From Squalus acanthias (Eukaryota), in contig CM059432.1 of the NCBI GenBank assembly GCA_030390025.1, positions 61,382,001 through 61,446,000 on the forward strand: 64,000 nucleotides of DNA. The letters run 5' to 3'. Numbering within the stretch: position 1 is the stretch's first letter; each line of letters begins with the position of its first letter. The notes under the pieces are model-generated. The model ran no database searches. It was not told the origin of the DNA and saw only the letters and a program-made list of their open reading frames with translations. Shown piece after piece: positions 61,221-64,000 of the stretch. Made by a program: the position numbers and the translations under genes.

Positions 61221-63530
61221 TTCTTAGGCAGTCCCTCGGAACCGAGGATGACTTGCTTCCACATTAAAAATGAGTTCGCAGGTGACTGATGAGTCCAATG
61301 CGGGACCTATAGGGCTGGATTTTCAATGACCTGTGGAGTCGGGTTTAGAGGCGTGTGGGGGGTTAAAGTTGCAGGGTCGGGGGTCCCAACCCCATCCCGC
61401 CTCCACGCAATTTTGACAAAATCGGTCACGGAGTTCCCGACTCCGTCCCGCCTCCAAGAGGCGGGAGAGGCCATTAAAGCCCTTAACAAGCCCTAAATTG
61501 GCTCTGTAATGCCATTTTGAAACATTTTAGCTAGTTTAACCCTTTTCCGACGTGAAGTACGCCTGATGTGAAACACTCCAGTGAAACCTGGCGGGAGTAC
61601 AAGTGGATAGCTGACTATCGGCTGCAGGTCTACTATTACAACGGAGATGTGATGAAGGTAGTAGTATTAGGTCTGAAAGTCACCTCTGATACTGCATTGT
61701 CTTCAGAGACTGCCTGGCCTTGCTGTGAGAGACCCTGGATGAAAAAAAATTCTCTCTCTCTTTCTCTCTCTCTCTCTCCTTCTGCTGCTCATTTTGCATC
61801 CAGGTCCACTCACAGCAAAAGCCAGGCAATCTCTGAGACCAGGCAGCCTGCAATGATGGCATCATCAAAGGCGACTTTCCCACTGAAACCACTAATTGGT
61901 TCATGGGTTCCCACATGCTGGAACTCAATTGCCCAATTAAGTGAAAATTGCATCATTCATCCACATTAATCTGGAGTCGGGGGGACAACACGAAATGCGG
62001 GTAACACGACCCCAACCCGACCCCAAGACAAAATCCAGCCCATAGTCTCTGTCACAAGTGGGTCAGACGGTGGTTGAAGGGGCGGGTGGGTGGGGTGCTT
62101 GGGTTGACGTGCGCTCCTTGCGCTTGGCTTCCGCTTGCTCCCGGCGAAGAGACTCGAGGTGTTCGGCGCCTTCCCGGATGCTTTTCCTCCACTTTGTGCG
62201 GTCTTGGGCCAGGGATTCCCAGGTGTCGGTGGGGATGTTGCACTTTTTCAAGGAGGCTTTGAGGGTGTCCTTGAAGTGTTTCCTCTGCCCACCTGGGGCT
62301 CTCTTGCCGCGCCGGAGCTCCGAGTAGAGCGCTTGTTTTGGGAGTCTCGTATCGGGCATGCGGACAATGTGACCCGTCCATCGGAGCTGATCGAGCGTGG
62401 TCAAAGCTTTGATGCTGGGGATGTTGGCCTGAGCAAGAACACTGACGTTGGTGCGCCTATCCTGCCAATGGATTTGCAGGATCTTGCGGAGGCAGCGTTG
62501 GTGGTACCTCTCCAGTGCTTTGAGGTGCCTGCTGTACATGGTTCATGTCTCTGAGGCATACAGCAGGGCGGGTATTACTGCTGCTCTGTAGACCATGAGC
62601 TTAGTGCCGGGTTTGAGGTCCTGGTCTTCAAACACTCCCTTCCGAAGGTGACCGAAGGCTGCACTGGCACACTGAAGGCGGCGTTGGACTTTGTCGTCGA
62701 CGTCTGCCCTTGTTGACAGTAGGCTCCCGAGGTATGGAAAGTGGTCCACGTTGTCCAAGGCCTTGTCATGGATTTTGATAATCGGGAGGCAGTACTGTGT
62801 GGCGGGGGCAGGTTGGTAGAGGACCTTTGTCTTACGGATGTTTAGTGTAAGGCCTATGCTCTCGTACGCTTCGGTGAAGGTGTTGACGATGGTTTGGAGT
62901 TCGACCTCCGAGTGAGCGCAGACGCAAGCGTCGTCTGCATACTGTAATTCGACGACAGAGTATGGGACGACCTTGGATCTGGACTGGAGGCGACGGAGAT
63001 TGAACAGTTTCCCGTTTGTTCTGTAAATTAGCTCCACTCCAGCGGGGAGCTTACTGAGGGTGAGATGGAGCATTGCAGCAAGGAAGATCGAGAAGAGTGT
63101 TGGTGCGATGACACAGCCTTGCTTGACCCCGGTTCGTACGTGAATTGGGTCTGTGGTGGAACCGTTGGTCAGGATCACGGCTTGCATGTCGTTGTGAAGC
63201 AGGGAGAGGATGGTGACAAACTTTTGAGGGCAGCCGAATTTGAGGAGGACACTCCATAATCCCTCACGGTTGACAGTGTCGAAGGCCTTTGTGAGATCAA
63301 AGAAGGCCATGTACAGCGGTTGGTGCTGTTTCCTGCATTTCTCTTGTAATTGACGTGCGGTGAAGATCATGTCCATTGTGCCCCTTAGTGGGCGGAATCC
63401 GCATTGCGACTCTGGGAGGAGCTCTTCGACCACTGAGAGAAGGCGATTGAGGAGGATTCTTGCGATGACTTTCCCTGTGGCAGACAGCAGGGAAACTCCT
63501 CTGTAATTACCGCAATCGGACTTGTCCCAG
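61221..63530 (-). mobile_element. RTE-clade LINE, 5'-truncated, with a MITE insertion
   Basis: ESQCGFR, DLTKAFDTV, GVKQGC, LQYADD; one stop at 62540. The 3' end is nearly identical to 21160-21260. Confidence 0.92.
61312..62041. mobile_element. MITE family B in the RTE 3' region
   Basis: TIR gggctggattt / aaatccagccc, TSD ata. The uninterrupted site is seen in the RTE at 21245-21265. Confidence 0.88.
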
Positions 63531-63748
63531 CACTCACACTCTTGGACACAGATTCACCTCAATGTTTTTATTTTGGGCAGGCAGCAAATACCAATCACAT
63601 AAACAAACTTAGCAGTGCCATCAAGGCACAGAGCAGAGCTTAGATTAAAATGCACAAAAAATCCTCAGTGATATATATGGTTCTTGAATATTGTTAACTG
63701 AACGCTAGATAGTCATTTGATGGGAGTAACCACATTGTAGCAATTACA

Positions 63749-63869
63749 TAAAAACAGAAAATGCTGGAAATACTTAGCAGGTCAGGCAGCATCTGTGGAG
63801 AGAGAAACAGAGTTAACGTTTCAGGTCGATGACCCTTCGTCAGAACTCCGTCAGTATTTTGCTTTTGTG
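63749..63869 (-). mobile_element. Short Penelope-derived inverted-end insertion
   Basis: 14-bp TSD ttgtagcaattaca at 63735-63748 and 63870-63883. Imperfect inverted ends. Confidence 0.75.
63811..63847 (-). ncRNA. Minimal hammerhead ribozyme motif
   Basis: Minus strand reads AGUU-CUGACGA-A-GGGUC(AUC)GACCU-GAAA-CG-UU-AACU. Confidence 0.8.
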
Positions 63870-64000
63870 TTGTAGCAATTACACTTTGCTTATATTTTGT
63901 TATTAGCAGGAATGTTCTTGAGGGTCGGACATAAAAAGCAGTTAGTTATTACCACAGCAATACCAGTGTTTCTTTGGACATAACACTCAGTACAGATCAT

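Noticed and set aside
77..63433. Most short ORFs in the six-frame track as host genes
   Set aside because: They are antisense or off-frame translations of CR1, L2, RTE, PLE or MITE sequence, or broken pieces of their ORFs.

Overview
Eukaryotic, repeat-dominated DNA with no prokaryotic systems. It is probably from a cartilaginous fish (shark); this is inferred from an HE1-like V-SINE, Deu-like SINE remnants and the CR1/L2/RTE mix. Most of the window is nested retroelement debris: many CR1 copies including one near full-length element, L2, RTE, and a compact LINE with a tRNA-like head and no ORF1. It also holds Harbinger-type MITEs, Harbinger transposase and Myb fossils, and a hAT-like MITE. 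The only long intact ORF is a Penelope-like element (RT + GIY-YIG, Neptune-type linker) at 42789-45957. It sits inside a young CR1 with a TSD and carries a minimal hammerhead ribozyme motif and 32-bp terminal direct repeats. Three other hammerhead-type remnants occur elsewhere. Other signals are locally templated insertions, CR1 insertions with captured 5' sequence, a CpG-island promoter near 60.7 kb, and a few unidentified exon-like segments. No host protein-coding gene could be identified. Boundaries of old elements are approximate.
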